A stretch of DNA of 64,000 nt, taken from positions 47,802,001 through 47,866,000 of the forward strand of contig CM060734.1 of assembly GCA_030704615.1 (NCBI GenBank), in the 5' to 3' direction. Positions 1-14,400 of the stretch are shown here, piece after piece. The notes under the pieces were generated by a model. The model was not told the origin of the DNA, made no database searches, and was given only the letters and a program-made list of their open reading frames with translations. Numbering within the stretch: position 1 is the first letter of the stretch; each line of letters begins with the position of its first letter. The DNA comes from Takakia lepidozioides (Eukaryota > Plantae > Bryophyta). The position numbers were made by a program, and so were the translations under genes.

Positions 1-560
1 CCTTGGAGAGCGAGGCAGAGCTATTGCCCGATTACTTTCAAACCCTATGCACATAAATGCAACCATCCACGGCCATGCTCCACCAACGTCTGCAAACTTT
101 GGATAACTTGGCCGATTTGGCCGGGACATGGAAGTTGGCCCTAAGTCGGATTTATCCAGCAGGGTCAAGACTTGCGGGCTAAAATTCAGATCCTTGAGAA
201 TCTCTTCTACTCTCCTCCACCAGGACTTGCCCTGTTTGACAAGGTGATCATGCTTCCAAGATATGTAGTCAATTAACTTAGGATATTTGCAATCCTCCAT
301 AGCAGCCACCTTATAAGTGGCTCTGTGTTTTTTCCAGATGTCAACCCAAATAGCTTTCCATGTAACAGGGTGACCAGGGAGGTGTTCCCATTTTTTGGTC
401 CACTTACGATCCAAGCCTCTCTTAGGCAACATCAGCTTATAACCTAGCTTCACGGAGTATTTGAGAAAGGGATCATGCTTCATATTTATCCAAAACCATT
501 CGCATGGGTCAAACTGCAGATAGGAACCAACAAAATGAACGATTGTACTGAAGCAGCTCA
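1..560 (-). mobile_element. LINE (L1-like) ORF2 C-terminal fragment, zf-RVT-like region, decayed
   Basis: Minus-strand translation gives PFLKYSVKLGYKLML...KWTKKWEHLPGHPVTWKAIWVDIW, resembling the Trp-rich post-RT region of plant L1 ORF2. No long ORF remains. Confidence 0.5.
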
Positions 561-1273
561 ATGGGAGGAACAGGAGTAGGTTTGCCAGATAGCAAACAAA
601 ATACTCTGATTTCAAAACAATTAGAAATGACTGGGATACTCACCAATCAGGGGCTGAAAGAAGCCCCACATGGTTCACTATGAAGCCAGTTCCACATTTT
701 CTCTTGTCAATTTTGAGATTTTAACCCCTATATAATTACATACAAAACAACCAAAGGTGAAAAATCAGTTGGATCTGCAATTTAGAGGGGTTGTGGCTTC
801 CATTTCTTCTTTCCCACTTTACTTGACACCTCACAAGTCAAATTACCCTTACCCACACCCCTTTCTGCGCCATCCCATTCGTCCGACCTTCCATCTCTTA
901 TTTTGGGACCTTCAAAAGAATCCCTTCGTTAATGAAATTGCTTTGCTCTACATATTCAGTGCACTGGTGATTTGGAAATGGTGGGCCTTGGGGCAAGCAA
1001 AATTGGATAGAGCCAGGTATTGATTTGGTCAAATCTATTTTTTTCCGCACTTTTCCTTTGGGACTTGAAATTTGAGATCCCGGCCAATGTTATAATCTCA
1101 CACTTTCCATTCTGGAATTGGCTCATTTTTTTGATATGACCTGCATAAATCAGCTGGGCCCACTTAAGTTCTATACGGCTGGAGCCTGTGGATGAGTTTT
1201 GGTGGGTTGTGGACAATTTACCGCAGCTGGGTACATACCCAAAAAGGGCTTGGGAAATTAAGGGAAATTAAGT

Positions 1274-1333
1274 GGCCTGATTTGTGAGTGGTCCGATCAC
1301 TCTGGGGTCACTCCCCTTTCTAAAATAAAAAAA
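1274..1333 (+). repeat. Isolated 3' end related to the SINE at 1654-1906
   Basis: ggcctgatttgtgag...cccctttc followed by an A-rich tail matches the 3' end of the SINE (ggcctgatttgtgag...tccctttc + A-rich tail at ~1830-1906). Confidence 0.6.
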
Positions 1334-1653
1334 CAGGTTGTTATATAAAATGATAATATGGTATAACCTGCGCGGCTTGTCTTCTCACGTGTGCCATCGC
1401 TGCTCGGATGATTAAAGTATGGATGAACAGATACGATGTCGGCAGTAGATGTGCTTTATTGCTGTCTGTCAGCCGCCTTATCCATACCGCATTTATTACT
1501 CTTTATTCAAATATTCGTTTTTCTCTTTCTTCTTTTCCCGCCATCCCTCGAAAAAAGAACTTACTAGAAGTAACTCATATTTAAACAAATTAAAATGAAT
1601 AATAAAAACGGCCCAGATACTACTCAAAATACCTCGTGGCATATGAACTAGGA

Positions 1654-1906
1654 CCAACAGTCAGTAGCTCAGTTGGTAAGGTGCGCTGAATGCCATCCGG
1701 ATGACCCTGAGGTCAAATCCTGCTACTTGACGGGTGTGGTACGCTCTTCTCCCCCTTCCCTGCGCAGTGTCGCATCGGAAAGCCTTACGGCGAGGTTACT
1801 GAGAGGTTATTTTCTCCTCTCTATCAAGGGGCCTGATTTGTGAGCTGTCGCTCCCAGGTGTTTCCCTTTCATAAAAAAATAAAATAAAAAATAAAATAAA
1901 AATAAA
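1654..1906 (+). mobile_element. tRNA-derived SINE, full length with target-site duplication
   Basis: A-box TAGCTCAGTTGG at 1665-1676, B-box-like GGTCAAATCC at 1711-1720, AAAAT-type tail at ~1871-1906, and an 8-bp direct repeat AACTAGGA at 1646-1653 and 1907-1914. Confidence 0.85.
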
Positions 1907-2692
1907 AACTAGGATAGTCACCGAGAAAACTGGTAACTACAAGAAACTTAAAAAAATGGAAGACATACATACGTGCCTCGTTCCATCCACAAACAAATGA
2001 ATATATGGAAGATGGAAGCCATGTTGTTCAGTCTCCAACGGGGACAAGTTTCATTATATTTTATTTATAACTCCAATTCTCAATTCTAATTTCATTCTAA
2101 TTGTGATTTCTTTCAACATATGTAATTCCGGCCGCCTAACATCGCAATGATTAACGTCTGGGATAATGATTTGGAGGCCAGCCCAGTACCGAGTATTTTA
2201 ATTGTGAATATCACACGTGTGAAGCGAGGCAGTTATTTGTCGGAAAGCATCATACTGCGATATGATGAATAAATTAGCAGGAATTAATTAGTGCAAGGTC
2301 GGGCTGCAATAATGTGAAGGTAAGTACGAGAAGGAGAGAGCGGCATGGCTGCCGTGCTTGCCATCGTGGCTGTCTCTCTCACGGTGTGTGTGTCCGATGA
2401 TCGATGGAGTGAGGGGAAGTGGAGGATAGAAATGATTGGAATGGAGCAGCTTCTGATGGTCTGACAGGGATTGTCCGTGTCATGGACGGTGTCTGGGACT
2501 GGATGCTGTGCTGTGCTAAAGCTGCTCCGACTCAACTGAATGATGCAATCGTTTGCCTGCATTGCATTGCGAGCGGAAGGGGAACATGGATTCTGGATGA
2601 AGGTGAGCGGGAAGGGAGGGGATGTGATGAGATCGGTGTTTGGTGGCTGAGTTAGGCATAAGGTCTCTTGGCTGCAGGAGATCCGGTCGACG

Positions 2693-5515
2693 ATGTGGAA
2701 ACTGGCTTCATCGAAGACGAAGAGCAAGCCACAACGTAATTTGTCTGGGACGTTTTGCCTGGTTCTGATCGCGGTGAGCCAGTTAGTATGGATTTTACCA
2801 GGCACTCGGTTGGTCTTGTTTCCAAGGACTAGCTATGGCATGACCAGAGATCTTTTCGTTCAGCAATTTTTCCGGGTAGGTGAGGTCGTTCACCGAAGAG
2901 CGGAGACCGAGGACCGTTCCACTAGCACAGGCGATACCAGATTGGCTGTTGAGGAAATCCCCGTAGCTCAAAGCCTAGTTTCTGCTCAGATTGATTCAGA
3001 AGGCTTTTCGGCACCCGTTCAAATTCTTACTAATGGGGACGTAAAATCACTTTCAAATGTTCTCCAATCCTGGGAAGAGTTGAAGTTAAGTTTGGACGAC
3101 TATCTGATGCAAAGTGGCTACAACAAGGTTTCGAGTAAGACTTGCTTCATTTGGCTTCCGGAGTGCTACAAATTGGCAAAGCATTCAGGGATCTTGAAGG
3201 TGAGTGCTAGCCTAACTCATGTGCACGTTCGTTTTAAGAGCTTCCTTGTCACCTTCCCACAAGATTGAAAGAAACTTACTCTTTCCAACTTAAAAACCGT
3301 GAATACCATTCTTTGCAACTGTCTGACGCCGTCTGGTCACATTGCATAACCTCCATGGAAAATGGTCTCTATTTCTACTTTAGTCGTACTTCTCTTCAGG
3401 TCTCCATGTTTGAGTGACAAGATTCTCTACCCGAAACAGATGAGTGCCTGGATTCATTGCACCTGTAAGACTGGTTAGTGCAGCCATGTGGAAAGGCTCT
3501 CCTTACTGCGTTGTATGAGTTTTGCGAGCATGCTCTGAAAGTGAAATAGGAAAACCTCAATGCCTATGATTCTGAAATTGGTGGAGTTTACCTTCTCAAA
3601 TAGGTTGTGAAGGCAGCGATTGGAGACGGGGTGCTGTTGTATGGGATGACATTGTGGCAAGATGATCGGAGGTCTACCCTACAACAGCTTCACTTGGATG
3701 TCGAGATGCAAAGATGTGCTAAGGTCATAAATGTTGTGGTTGGAGGTGGGCTGCGGGTTGTGCAAGGGTCTCACAAGATGGACTTTAGGCTGGCACATAA
3801 TGTCATGCGACAATTAATCAGCCTGCAGGCTGAAAAGGCAACTGATAATGAGACAGAGCTACAAGCTTTTGTTGAACGAGTAAGTGCCCCCACTGACTTC
3901 ACCATGAGAATCCTTGTGCTAGCTGACAGGTTATGACATGTAGACATGGGCATGACACACACCAGTTGCACAAACAAGATGAAAAATTGCATATGTATTT
4001 GCAATGGACACCTCTTAGGCTATACCGGATGATGCAACCTGTATGATGCAAGGAATGATCAAGTGCTTAGCTCTGCATTGAGGACACATTCACATGCCAT
4101 TCTTGTCAGGTAATAGCACATCATCCCATTCTGTAACCATCGCCATTCAAAGCTGCATCAATGAGGAGCCTGCATTTCAAGATAAGATCGGTTCTGCAGA
4201 TTCGCTTTTGGAATGTTGAAATTGGTAGGGGACTAACTCAAGTTGGTCTACGACTACTCGACGATGGAGTGAGCAGGATTTCTAAATGTTCAGATTTGCT
4301 CCTAAAAACATGCCTGCAAAGAGACACTTACACATTTACTGTGTTTGAACTTTTCTGGAACAGGGTGTCATTTCCAGATTAAGCAATCGTTTAAACAGGT
4401 CAAATGTGGAGTTAAAAGTCATTGAAGCAGGACCAAGGGATATCCTCCTCTTCCATGGTAGAGCTGTGTACTCTCTCAGTAACCATGGACCACAACCAGC
4501 GGTGCTGATGCAGTTTGCTTCGGATGATTGTCGAATCCGGGAACCACCAATCAGCCCCTCAACATTCCACATCATGCTAAATACGGCTGTTTTGCCTCCA
4601 ACATTACAGGTGCTAGGCAATGGCATGGACCAGGTCTTCAACGACGTTCGTGAGTCTCTGGCTGTGAAGGAAGTCTTCCCCAAGACAGAAGGAGAAGCGA
4701 ACAATGAAGGAGATGGCATGCCACTTGCTTTTTTATTAGAAGGAAGCAGGATAAGTGCATGCAATTTTTCCAGCCCTGTTGGGGAGTGGAGAAAGGAAGA
4801 AGGTCTTGAAGTTCATCGTTGCAGGGCAGCTCCCATACTTTCCAGAGTCTCTGTACAGTTCATAATGAGCCACAGGGAGAGCCCACATGCGCACCCACTT
4901 TACCAAGAAATCCCAGAGGACCAGTTGGTGATTGTACTGGAAGGTTCCCTCTTTTACCATCAGGCTCCTCCACACATCCCTGGCTTCAAACAGGTCACTG
5001 AATTGGGCATTGCCAGTGCCACTCACATTACGAGCAGGCTTCCGCATGCCTTGGTGCCTACTTCTTTACACGCATTATTTGTTTCTGTGCGCTGGACAGC
5101 TAAGTCAGACATGCGGTCAGCAAATTTGACAGACAAGGACTCAGAAACCTCCACCCTCCCACAGGCTCGCTGCACACCAACCAACGGTCTCAAGATAGTA
5201 GAGAGGCACACAGTACTACTCAAATCAGGGCAAGCCTATGACCCCAGCAATGAGAACACAAGTGATGTGGTGATAGTTGTAGTAAGGGGTTCCTCCTTGC
5301 AGCTGCTGCCTTTGCAGGTCACCATCCAGAAGTTTGACATAGTTTTCGTTCCTGCAGGGGAGCCTTGTGTGTTGTGGAACTCAGGAAAGGTGCCCGTGAC
5401 CTTTGTTGTATTACATCTCCATGGACTGAACCATTCTGCAAACAAGGGCTTGAGTGTTGATGCAGTAGAGTCCTGTGCTGGAAGTAGCGGAAAAATTATG
5501 AGGAGATCGTTTTGA
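2693..5515 (+). CDS. Spliced gene for a multi-cupin (RmlC-like) domain protein; internal exon structure unresolved
   Basis: Exon-like ORFs at 2693-3199 (GTGAGT donor at 3200), ~3605-3879 (GTAAGT donor at 3880) and ~4400-5515. The last exon has cupin motifs GPRDILLFHGRAVYSLSNHGPQPA, PHAHP...QLVIVLEGS and FDIVFVPAGEPCVLWNSGKVPVTFVVLH. Confidence 0.6.
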
Positions 5516-5964
5516 AAGATTCTTTCCTTGGCATCACAGAGTTAGACAGCTTCACACATCACTTTTGGTCCTGACTTCACTCTGCTGAGACCATTGCTGC
5601 AGGACAGGAAATCAATACAGAGCCCACTCTCCAGGAAAGCCCAACCCTCCCTCCCTCCCTCCCTCTCTCTTTTTGGATATTGCTCCTTCATCTCCTCTGG
5701 CTGCCCTTGTGAATTTCCTTTCCCCAGCTCAAACCCTAGCAATTGCCAACTCTGCATCCTCCGCTAATCAAAAAAGAAGCTCAATTCCCACGCTCACTGA
5801 ATGCTCGAACTCCCAAACAAACCTCACGCAGCCCGTAAGTATTCCTCACACAAAGTCTGCATTGCTAAAATCAAACACATTCAAACGCATGCTTCTCTCT
5901 GTCCTAAGCTCATACATAGCCATCAAATCTCGGGACCCCACCAGCCACGAGCAGTGTGAATGAG

Positions 5965-8900
5965 ATGGTTGTGGGTTCAATCCTGGAGTGCGTCCTAGTA
6001 AAGCCGGTCCCAAGGGGATGGGGGGGACTACTGAGCAGTGTGCGGGTGAGCATCGCTGGGAAGCGATGCAGGCAGCTCACTGTCTCCCTCGCTGTGTCTC
6101 GGAGGTCGCGCGACATCCAACGCAGGGATGTGCGATGGAGGGTAGAGCAGCAACTCAGTTCCTTTCTGCAATGGATGCGTCCTTGTCATGCTCAGGTGAG
6201 CATTTGTTATGCCAGTTGAGGGAATTGAAAGGATTCTCAGAGAAACTGTGTTTTAATCACTTGGTCCTGGCACTTGGTTGGACTCTTCACTAATTCCTGC
6301 ACTAAAGCGTGACTGCCTTGGGGTCTGCAAAAACTATGTTATGCATCATCCCCCGAGTTCAGTTTGTTTATCAGCAATTTCATATCAGCTTTCGTCTTGT
6401 TCTCATGAGGAAGGAGGATTCTTCCCCAGAAGAATGGTGATGTTGCGTCCTCTTTGTTGGTCATTCCCCTGTACTGCAGCGGAAAGGGTGCGAGGCGACC
6501 ATGAATGAAAGGGAGTGAAAAATGGTGGTCAACGACTAGTGATGCCTCCTTGGCTACGCTTCCTCCCCTGGAATTGAAGATGTAATGATAGATGTAATTC
6601 GGCAGTTCGTCCATGTTTTCAAATTTGGTGACGATGGTGCAGGTAATGCTGAAGCCTTGGGAGAAGGCTCTGTATTCTGCAACAAATGCAACAAGGATTT
6701 CAGCTCTTTCCATAGAAGAGTGTTAAGAAGTCCCCGGTCTTTCTATTACGGAAGTGTTATATTTCACGTGAGAGCAGGAAGACAAAAAAGACGAGGGTCT
6801 GCATCAGAATGCAAAGCGCAGGGCCGGTTCAATTTGGGTGGAGGTGCTGCAGGGCAGGCCAGGGAGGAAGACGTCTTGACTCTTCAAGAGATGTCAACCC
6901 TGAGCAATGACCTACTGTCGCTCAAGGGAGTTGTGGTTGAAGGTTATCGTGGTATAGGTCCTGATATGAGGGATAGGGTCAACAGATTGTACGACCGTGC
7001 ATCTATGCTCAAGGAGTCTGCGGACCGGATGGTAGCTGCTGGAGGAAGGGTCCCTGCACAGCTTACTGCCACTCTTAAGGTTGCCATCCTGTTTTAAATC
7101 TTTCCAGACTTTGACCTTTTTGCAATGGTGTGTGTGATGTCGTTTTCTTTTCTCTAATGCGTGTCACCCACCCAAGCTCAGGATGGGAGGCCCTGAGAAT
7201 ACACACTAGGCACATATAGGAGCCTGAAGGTGAGTTCAACACTGCAAGAATGAACTGTCACAGTAGTTGTAGTGGCAACTGCATATTTCAGAAAAATCAA
7301 CCGCGGTGTGGTAAAAAATCAAATCACTTTCTCACCTGCAACTCCAATGTGTTTACCGTGGAAACTATCCTTTGTTCTGCATGAAAATTTACAATGGCCA
7401 ATCTGGTCAGTTTTGCGTTGTTCAGATGGTGAATGGTGCATACAATTATTGAGTGATTGTGCTGATTTCCAGGCCCTACAAAGAGAACATGGTTCTCTTG
7501 AGAACATTGTTCGTTTTGCAATGGAGGCGGGACCTGTGATTTCCTCTGGGTCTGAACCTCTTGGCAGTCTCACTACCAGCAACTCTGCGAGCACTTCAAG
7601 CTTAGCTTTGGATGAAGAGCAGCAAACTTCAACAGCTTTCCAATCACTTATTCGTGAAAGTGACCTTGAACCAGTAAAGCCCCTTCCACCAGCATATGTG
7701 ATGACGTCGCCAGCAGCCAATGTAAGTATAACCACCTCACTTCAACCTCTGTGTCTGAAGTTCCAAAGCAGTGTTATACTGGGTGAGCATTAATATGGGA
7801 GTAACTAGGATTGCTAAACTTGACATTCCGGAAGGTGGTAAGAGGCAGTGGTTGGGATTGCACTTCTGACCGACAATAAAAGACTAGTTTTGAAGAATGT
7901 AAGGATGATCATCGGATATTCATGAATCTTTTTGTCAGCGCAGTTGTTCCTTCTAGTCTCTGACGCCATTTTTGTTCCCTGTATTTTTTGACGTTTCTAT
8001 TTATAAGGCTTTCTTTGAGTGTTTCACCTGTGCTAATCGTGCAGGAATCTTCACCTTTGGCAGCATTTCGAGCGGAGATTGAGCGGCGAGTAATGGAGCA
8101 GGTGTGGCATTACTTAGTTGTTGGACAAACTCTGCCATAGTCAAGGAGCCTTCTCAAACTTAACCATTGACTGCTGGTAGAGTGTCCCACACTGCGCACT
8201 AGAGTGTGCCATGAAGGATACTATCCTGATACCTTTCATTTCTCTGTTAGCCAATGTAAATATGGCGTGCTCTTCTTCACTGGCAGGCAATTTACTAACC
8301 AGGCAAGCCATCTGGACTGCTTTATCACACCTTCTGCAATCGCCCACCCAAGAAACAGATTGGTGTGGATGTCCTTTGTCCTGGGTGTTGGAAGCTACTT
8401 ACTCATGTGCCTCGAAAGGTCTGCAGCTTGTTGGAAAGAGGGTGGCGAATCAAGTAAGATCAACTGCTACGATGGTTGGAGAGAGAGAAACAGTGGGAGC
8501 TGTGTCAAGCATTGGAGGGCAGGTAGGAAACCTTGAGGTGCCTGAAGTTGCCATCGCCAGAGATGTTTTTTATTTCTGTGTCATGCCCAGTCACCTCGAG
8601 TGCCGTGGTTTTGCTGCTCTTGAGGATGATGATTAACCAGTTTATGGACAAGAGGATTTGTGGTGAACAAAAGTAGTGATTGCATGTCAGGCTTCAAGGC
8701 ATCATTATTTGTAATGGCAAACTGCCAACTTACAATGGATGAACTTGAGTTGCTATATTTTGGATTGTAGGCCCCCTCCTCTCAAGACCAAATGCTATGG
8801 GAGGGAAAGGACAGAGAAGCTGGTAATGGTGGAGCACTCTCATCTCTGATCGATGACACCACTGAAGGTTCAAGGAAGGTGGAAGGGCATAAATCACAGG

Positions 8901-11438
8901 AGGGGCTCTTGAGCAGGTATTTACAGGGTTGATGACTAGCTCTAAATATGGGCAGCTATTTCTGGTACCAAGTTGAGTGTTTATCAGTAGAAGTTATCTG
9001 ATGATGGTTTCTTCCTTCTCTGTTGTTGAGGCTGGGAGTCCTACGTTAAGTTTCTCATTGCTGAGTATGTCACTAGCACCATTGCAGAGTATGGTGTTAC
9101 CTTTCGGGATGTCTGGAAGGGCATCAGAGGGTGGAGACCTGATCACAAGGTGTCCTCTTTTGGTCAAATCATGATGCTATTATTGAACTTCTTTTGTGGG
9201 GCTACAGTGTGGCGGATGCTGAGAGGAAAGTAAGGATAGCAAAACTGGAAGGGCAAATGAAATCCATGGAGCTAGACAAGCTGCGGGGAGACTTGGCAGT
9301 CATGCAACAAGAAGTCACGAGCTTGAAACAAGAAGCAACGCGGGCTGATTTGGCAGAGGAGCAGGTGCTCAAATTGAAGGGAGAAATCGCTATGAGCGTG
9401 CCCTTGGAGATGCATGAACAAACAGTATGGTATCTCACCAATACATGTTTACTAATCTATGAAAGTATGTTCTGCAAGCATGAATTCCTGATCAGGTTTT
9501 CTTATTTTTCTGCAAAGAGTACGACTCAGTTCTACATATACGGTGCTAGTCATGTGGCTTTGTGCATGTGGGAACAAACAGCCGTAGGTAGATCAAATGT
9601 TCTGCCCGTGGTTGTGCCAAGTTGCTACATCTTTCCAACTGCAATCTTTTGACAAGCTTCATCAGTTTATAACCGCAACCCAGGTCTGCCGTCACCTTAT
9701 CGTGCAATAGAACCTTTCTGTGGTGACTGGGACCTACTCTTAGCTTCTTAGTCTTTATACAGGTCTATTGCTAATGGCTTTTGCACTCATGCTCAGGTAG
9801 GCAGAGTGAGAGAATCGTTATCAGTGGCCTGGGCCAAGGTTACACAAATTACAGGTGAAGTTAAAGAGAAGGAGGCCATCCTTGCAGCTGTCAAGCAAGC
9901 GCTCATGGCTGAACAAGAGAAGCTGGTGGAGAAGGTCAGTTCATGTTTGAAATTGACAAGTGAATCCTTTGGTGATGGAGGATGTTGAATGTGCTTGAAT
10001 TGGTGATGAGGTAATGAATTAAAGTCGTACTTATGCTCAGTTTTAGGCTTGTAGACTTACTGTCAGTATGTGAACCTATCCCGGTAGCAATGGGGCTTTC
10101 AGTGCATGTACTTCTGAGTCAGGAGTCATGCTGTCAAGGTGTTGTTCACTCAAGGGAGCTTGGGGTGCTACTTCTCTGGAAGCCCTGCCAACCCTCGCAA
10201 GGGGCCTCCAGGGGTTAGAGACATTCGACAAACTTTTTTCATGTTCAGCATTGTTGTAAATTGAAGGTGAGAGAGCTGTCTGGAGAGCTTGCAAAGCGAG
10301 TAACCATTGAGGACATGGAGGCTGCCATCAACAGTGCTGTGGAAGAGGTGGAGAGAGCGCTGGAAAAGGCCGAGGAAAGAGCACTTGCTCTTAGCCTCGA
10401 ACTGGAAAAGAAGGACAAGCTCATTGTACAGCTCCAGGCAAATTGGAACTTGGAGAAGGATGGCCTGTGCTCAGAGCTGGCTAGTGTGAAGAAAAAGCTG
10501 GCTAGCATTCAGAAGAAGCGGATTGCTGAACAAGCTCAGCTTCTTGAAGCACAGGAGAAGGTACTACAAGATGTGTGGTACCATTCACCACTTGATAGGC
10601 AGCTGAGGCATTCATTGATCCCTGCAACTCGAGTTCTTTTGGCATTCTAGTGGTTGTACACTAGTTTGGCTTGCTGCAAATCTTCCCAAAGCTGTGGAGT
10701 GCTTGATCTACGTTCTCAAAAGTTTGATTCTCTCAACTTGTTCATGGCGATTCCTTTCTTGTCAAACTGCTGTTAGGTGCGGTCACTAGAGTCATCCTCT
10801 GCAATTCGGCATAATACGACAGAAGCAGATGAATACAGGGGAAAATCAGAGCATGCCGTGCTAGCAACTGTGAGATCGCTGATCACAGATATGGTGAAGG
10901 CCATGCGTGCCAAGTCAGAGACTGGCACTGAAGCTAGCACCGTCATAGATGCAATGGAATTTTTGCAAGGGGACAACCAAATGCTTCAACTTACGAAATG
11001 GGGAGCAGAGGGGAGGGAGGGAGCAGGGGGCGAGGGTGACGGCATGAAATCCAGCGTCAATACAGTTGCATCTGAAGCAATCAATTTAGAGGGGACATTA
11101 TTTCCAGCAGAGAAAGCTGTGGCACTTGAGAAATTCTTTGTCATTATGGCCATGCTGATCAAGCAAGCGAGTGATAAATTGGACACGGATTTGATTCTAC
11201 ATGCTTCCTATGATGTGGGAATGACTGGGGGTAAGAATCTCTCATTGACCAATTCATGGCAAATGGGTGCTGCGGGTTGAGCAATAGAGAATTTGTGAGT
11301 TGGCTGTCACCTCATCCTGACATAGTACAGTGTTGAAATCTGCTACTCTGATGACCTTGTCATCATTTCTGCCCTCTTGAAGGTTCGTGTATACGAACTT
11401 TCAAGTTTTGGGGTCTTAGAAGAGTAGACTTAATGTAG
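5965..11438 (+). CDS. Multi-exon gene, uncharacterised coiled-coil protein; 3' end uncertain
   Basis: Series of GT-AG-bounded exon-like ORFs (~5965-6194, 6604-7079, 7472-7721, 9208-9424, 9797-9934, ~10250-10560, 10777-11230). The later ones encode E/K/L/A-rich heptad sequence. Confidence 0.6.
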
Positions 11439-14400
11439 AAGGTTGTGTTCCTCGCCCGCCTGTGGACATGATGAACTATGTAGGTGTCATAGCATCACTG
11501 GAGAGATTTCAGGCAGTTACTAAGGTCCTGTCTTTTAGCTCTGAAGATGCAGGACTAACAAGGTTGTACGGTTAAGATTCTAACCTAAAACTGAACCTGA
11601 AATTCTCTGTCTCGGCAAGTGCTCGTACTACTGGAAAGTGTCTGCCATACATCTGGTTTCCACTGTGTGATTGCATCTTTAGCTGTTGCACCATGGCTGT
11701 GATCCCATTGGAAGCAGCTGCAGCTTTTCAATGATAGGCTGCTTTGCCATGTGGGAGCTGTTCTCTGCCTCGTCTTCCCTCCTCTCTTGCAAGGCTGCCA
11801 AGCTACCTTGGGGGAGTGTTTGAAATGCAGCCTCCAATGTTAGCTACGGGTACCATGTGGCTCCTTTTCTTTCTTAGTGTGACCACCTTTTCAGACAACA
11901 CAGCGACGACTTAAAACAAGCTTTTTCTGAGCTGACTTTTACACCTTTGTTAGATTGACGAGCCATTTCACCGCCTGCTAGTAGGACCTGTGTCTTTCCT
12001 ATCTGTTTCTGCCTTGAAGATATGTCATACTGAACTCTGCATTGTTCACAAAGAGTGCTAGGTGTTGTGACTTAGAATGAATGCATTAGGGCTCACTGAT
12101 TCCATTAAATACTAGCAGATGGTGCCACCCAAGATGGCACAAGGACAAAGCCTACCATAACTCTGCAGTATGAGAGCAGCTGGGAATCGGTCTACCTTCA
12201 TTACTGTGCTGATGATACTCTGTAAGCCTATACTCTATCTGTGCCTCTTTTAGAAGATGTGGTCATCTGCCTTTGAAGGTCCTCACCCATCATTCTGCGG
12301 TCTACTGTTGTCAGTCTTGACTTTGTTCTATATGCTTTCAAGGAACATGTGTTGAAAATCCCACCAAATGATACCTTGTGTCCAAGTAGTTTAAAATTCC
12401 ACCCATGATTGTCTTTTAGCAGACACAAACTTGTGTTAGCTAGTTATGCTACCAGGCACAGCGGTTGACAGACAGTGGAATGGGAATGGTGGGAAGCAGG
12501 TGGACCGAAATACCGGGCGTGCTGTTGCACAACAGGATTGATGGGAATGGCAAGTCTGTAAAGGTAGGAACTCTGAATCACTCGAATGCCATATAGTAGC
12601 TGCCTGATTTATTGGTTTGATTTTACCTGTGTGAACTGATAGTCAGGGGACTGCTTTTCTGCATGTACAAACATAGCCCATCAGCATGTCATCCCTAATT
12701 TGATCTTTAATTAACACCATTTTGAGCAGTGTGGTTTTTGTTGATGGTCCATGGCTTCATGCAAGGTCTAGTAGCAACCACCTAGGAAGTCAGCACCAGA
12801 GTTACTACAAACCTCAAGTGAACTTCTGCTCAAAACATTGTACCAAGGGACTGCCAGAAAGAGCATGTGTTATGTTGTGATGGGAGGTGCACTGAACTGG
12901 TTTGAACGCAGGGCTGGGGGTCACCAGTAAGTCAATATTGAGATTTGACGGATTTGGCCGTGGGTTTGTGGGTGTCCCAGATGTTAACCATTCCAGCACG
13001 CTCACTTGAATTTGTTCTGACGGATGGAAATGGATCTTGGGATTGGTAACAAACTCAGACTCCAATCTCAATCTGTGTTCCATCGTTGTTCCTTGCTGAC
13101 TGTTGCAAGTGGACATCAAAGAAATGATTTAGTTTCCATTTTGGGGCTGTCTTGTCCAAGGGAACAGTAACTCAGGATTGTACTAGTATCGTTTCAAAGA
13201 AAAGCATAGCAGGTGTACCTAACTGCATTTCATGGATGTTCTGCAACAGTGCTCCAGCGGGTGGAAACTATCGTATTGGAACCAGTGGAACATTTTTTCT
13301 CTCTTGTGGGATCATTGAACAAAGGAAGTGAAGAGACCAGCTTTACCTTAAAAGGGTAGCAGGCTTCCCTAACAGGATAAACCTTTCCCTGGGAAGCCCC
13401 ATGCAGAGGGAAACCTCAGACGCTTAAAGCAGTGTACAGTTCTTGATGGTTGGGCAAGGTACACGTTTTAGCCCACTCACCGTCGCATTTACTAATGAAG
13501 GCTGTGCTAACATGCATAGTGAACTATTGGGAGCCTGGGCTGTCTCTCTCAAGTGTGGCTGACTAGTTCACACTTCTTCCCAATGGTACCTGGCTAGTGA
13601 AGAGCCAAAGGTTCCATTGCTACTACGGAGCAAGAACACAGTACTACCAGAGGTACGTCATGGCACAGAAAATCATTTGGGAGACATCCACAGATATCTG
13701 ATGTCTTAGTTGACCAGAAAATACCAGTTCTGCATCACCCAACAGTGTATTCATGTTTCACTAGCTGGATGCACCTCACAAATCTTTGCAAACCTATCTC
13801 TCTGGTCTCAGTTTGGTGGTGTGGACTGGGAGCCTGTGAGAAGTTGCTGTGACAGCAACAAGAGGGGCATGAGGGCATTGCCTTTGCCTCACATGGTGAT
13901 TAGTATATGAAATCATCTGAACTTCCGGCCATCTCATGCTAGCAAAGGCATAAATTTGTGATTTCCAGAGGCCCATGTACTAAAGTTTGTCTTCGATATT
14001 GCTAGAATGTGTTGGAGCTTTTTGTAGTCCGTGACATTAATTATAAAGTGTTGAAATCATCTTGCTATGCAAAGGGATGTTCCATAAGGTCCTGCAGGTT
14101 GTAATCGGTAATGCCAAAATTCGAAGATCTGGTCATCAGTGTGCACAGCAAGCTAGCTTGGATTTAGTATTAGCTTGCAAACAGCAAGTCATCTCTCTCA
14201 TGGAAATGCATGGATATCTTTGTTATATTCATTTTCTTAAAGACACCAAGAACCACACTGCAATCAAGGAATGGAGCTGCAAAACCTGCAATTGCAAAAT
14301 TCTATGGTGCACCCGAGTCTTGCACCAATCCGACAATGCAAAGCAATTGTTTATGCAGGGCACACATCCCCTAATTCTGAACAGGTGCTGGGATTCCTAG

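Noticed and set aside
1654-1730. Functional tRNA gene
   Set aside because: No proper acceptor stem, and it continues into an unrelated body, an A-rich tail and a TSD, so it is a SINE head.
4019-4108. In-frame TGA in GYTG*C read as possible selenocysteine
   Set aside because: The reading frame and exon status are unsupported, alternative splice sites avoid the stop, and land plants lack Sec machinery.
6670-6725. FYVE-like CNKCNKDFSSFHRR in the coiled-coil gene
   Set aside because: The HHCR motif and the remaining Cys ligands are missing.
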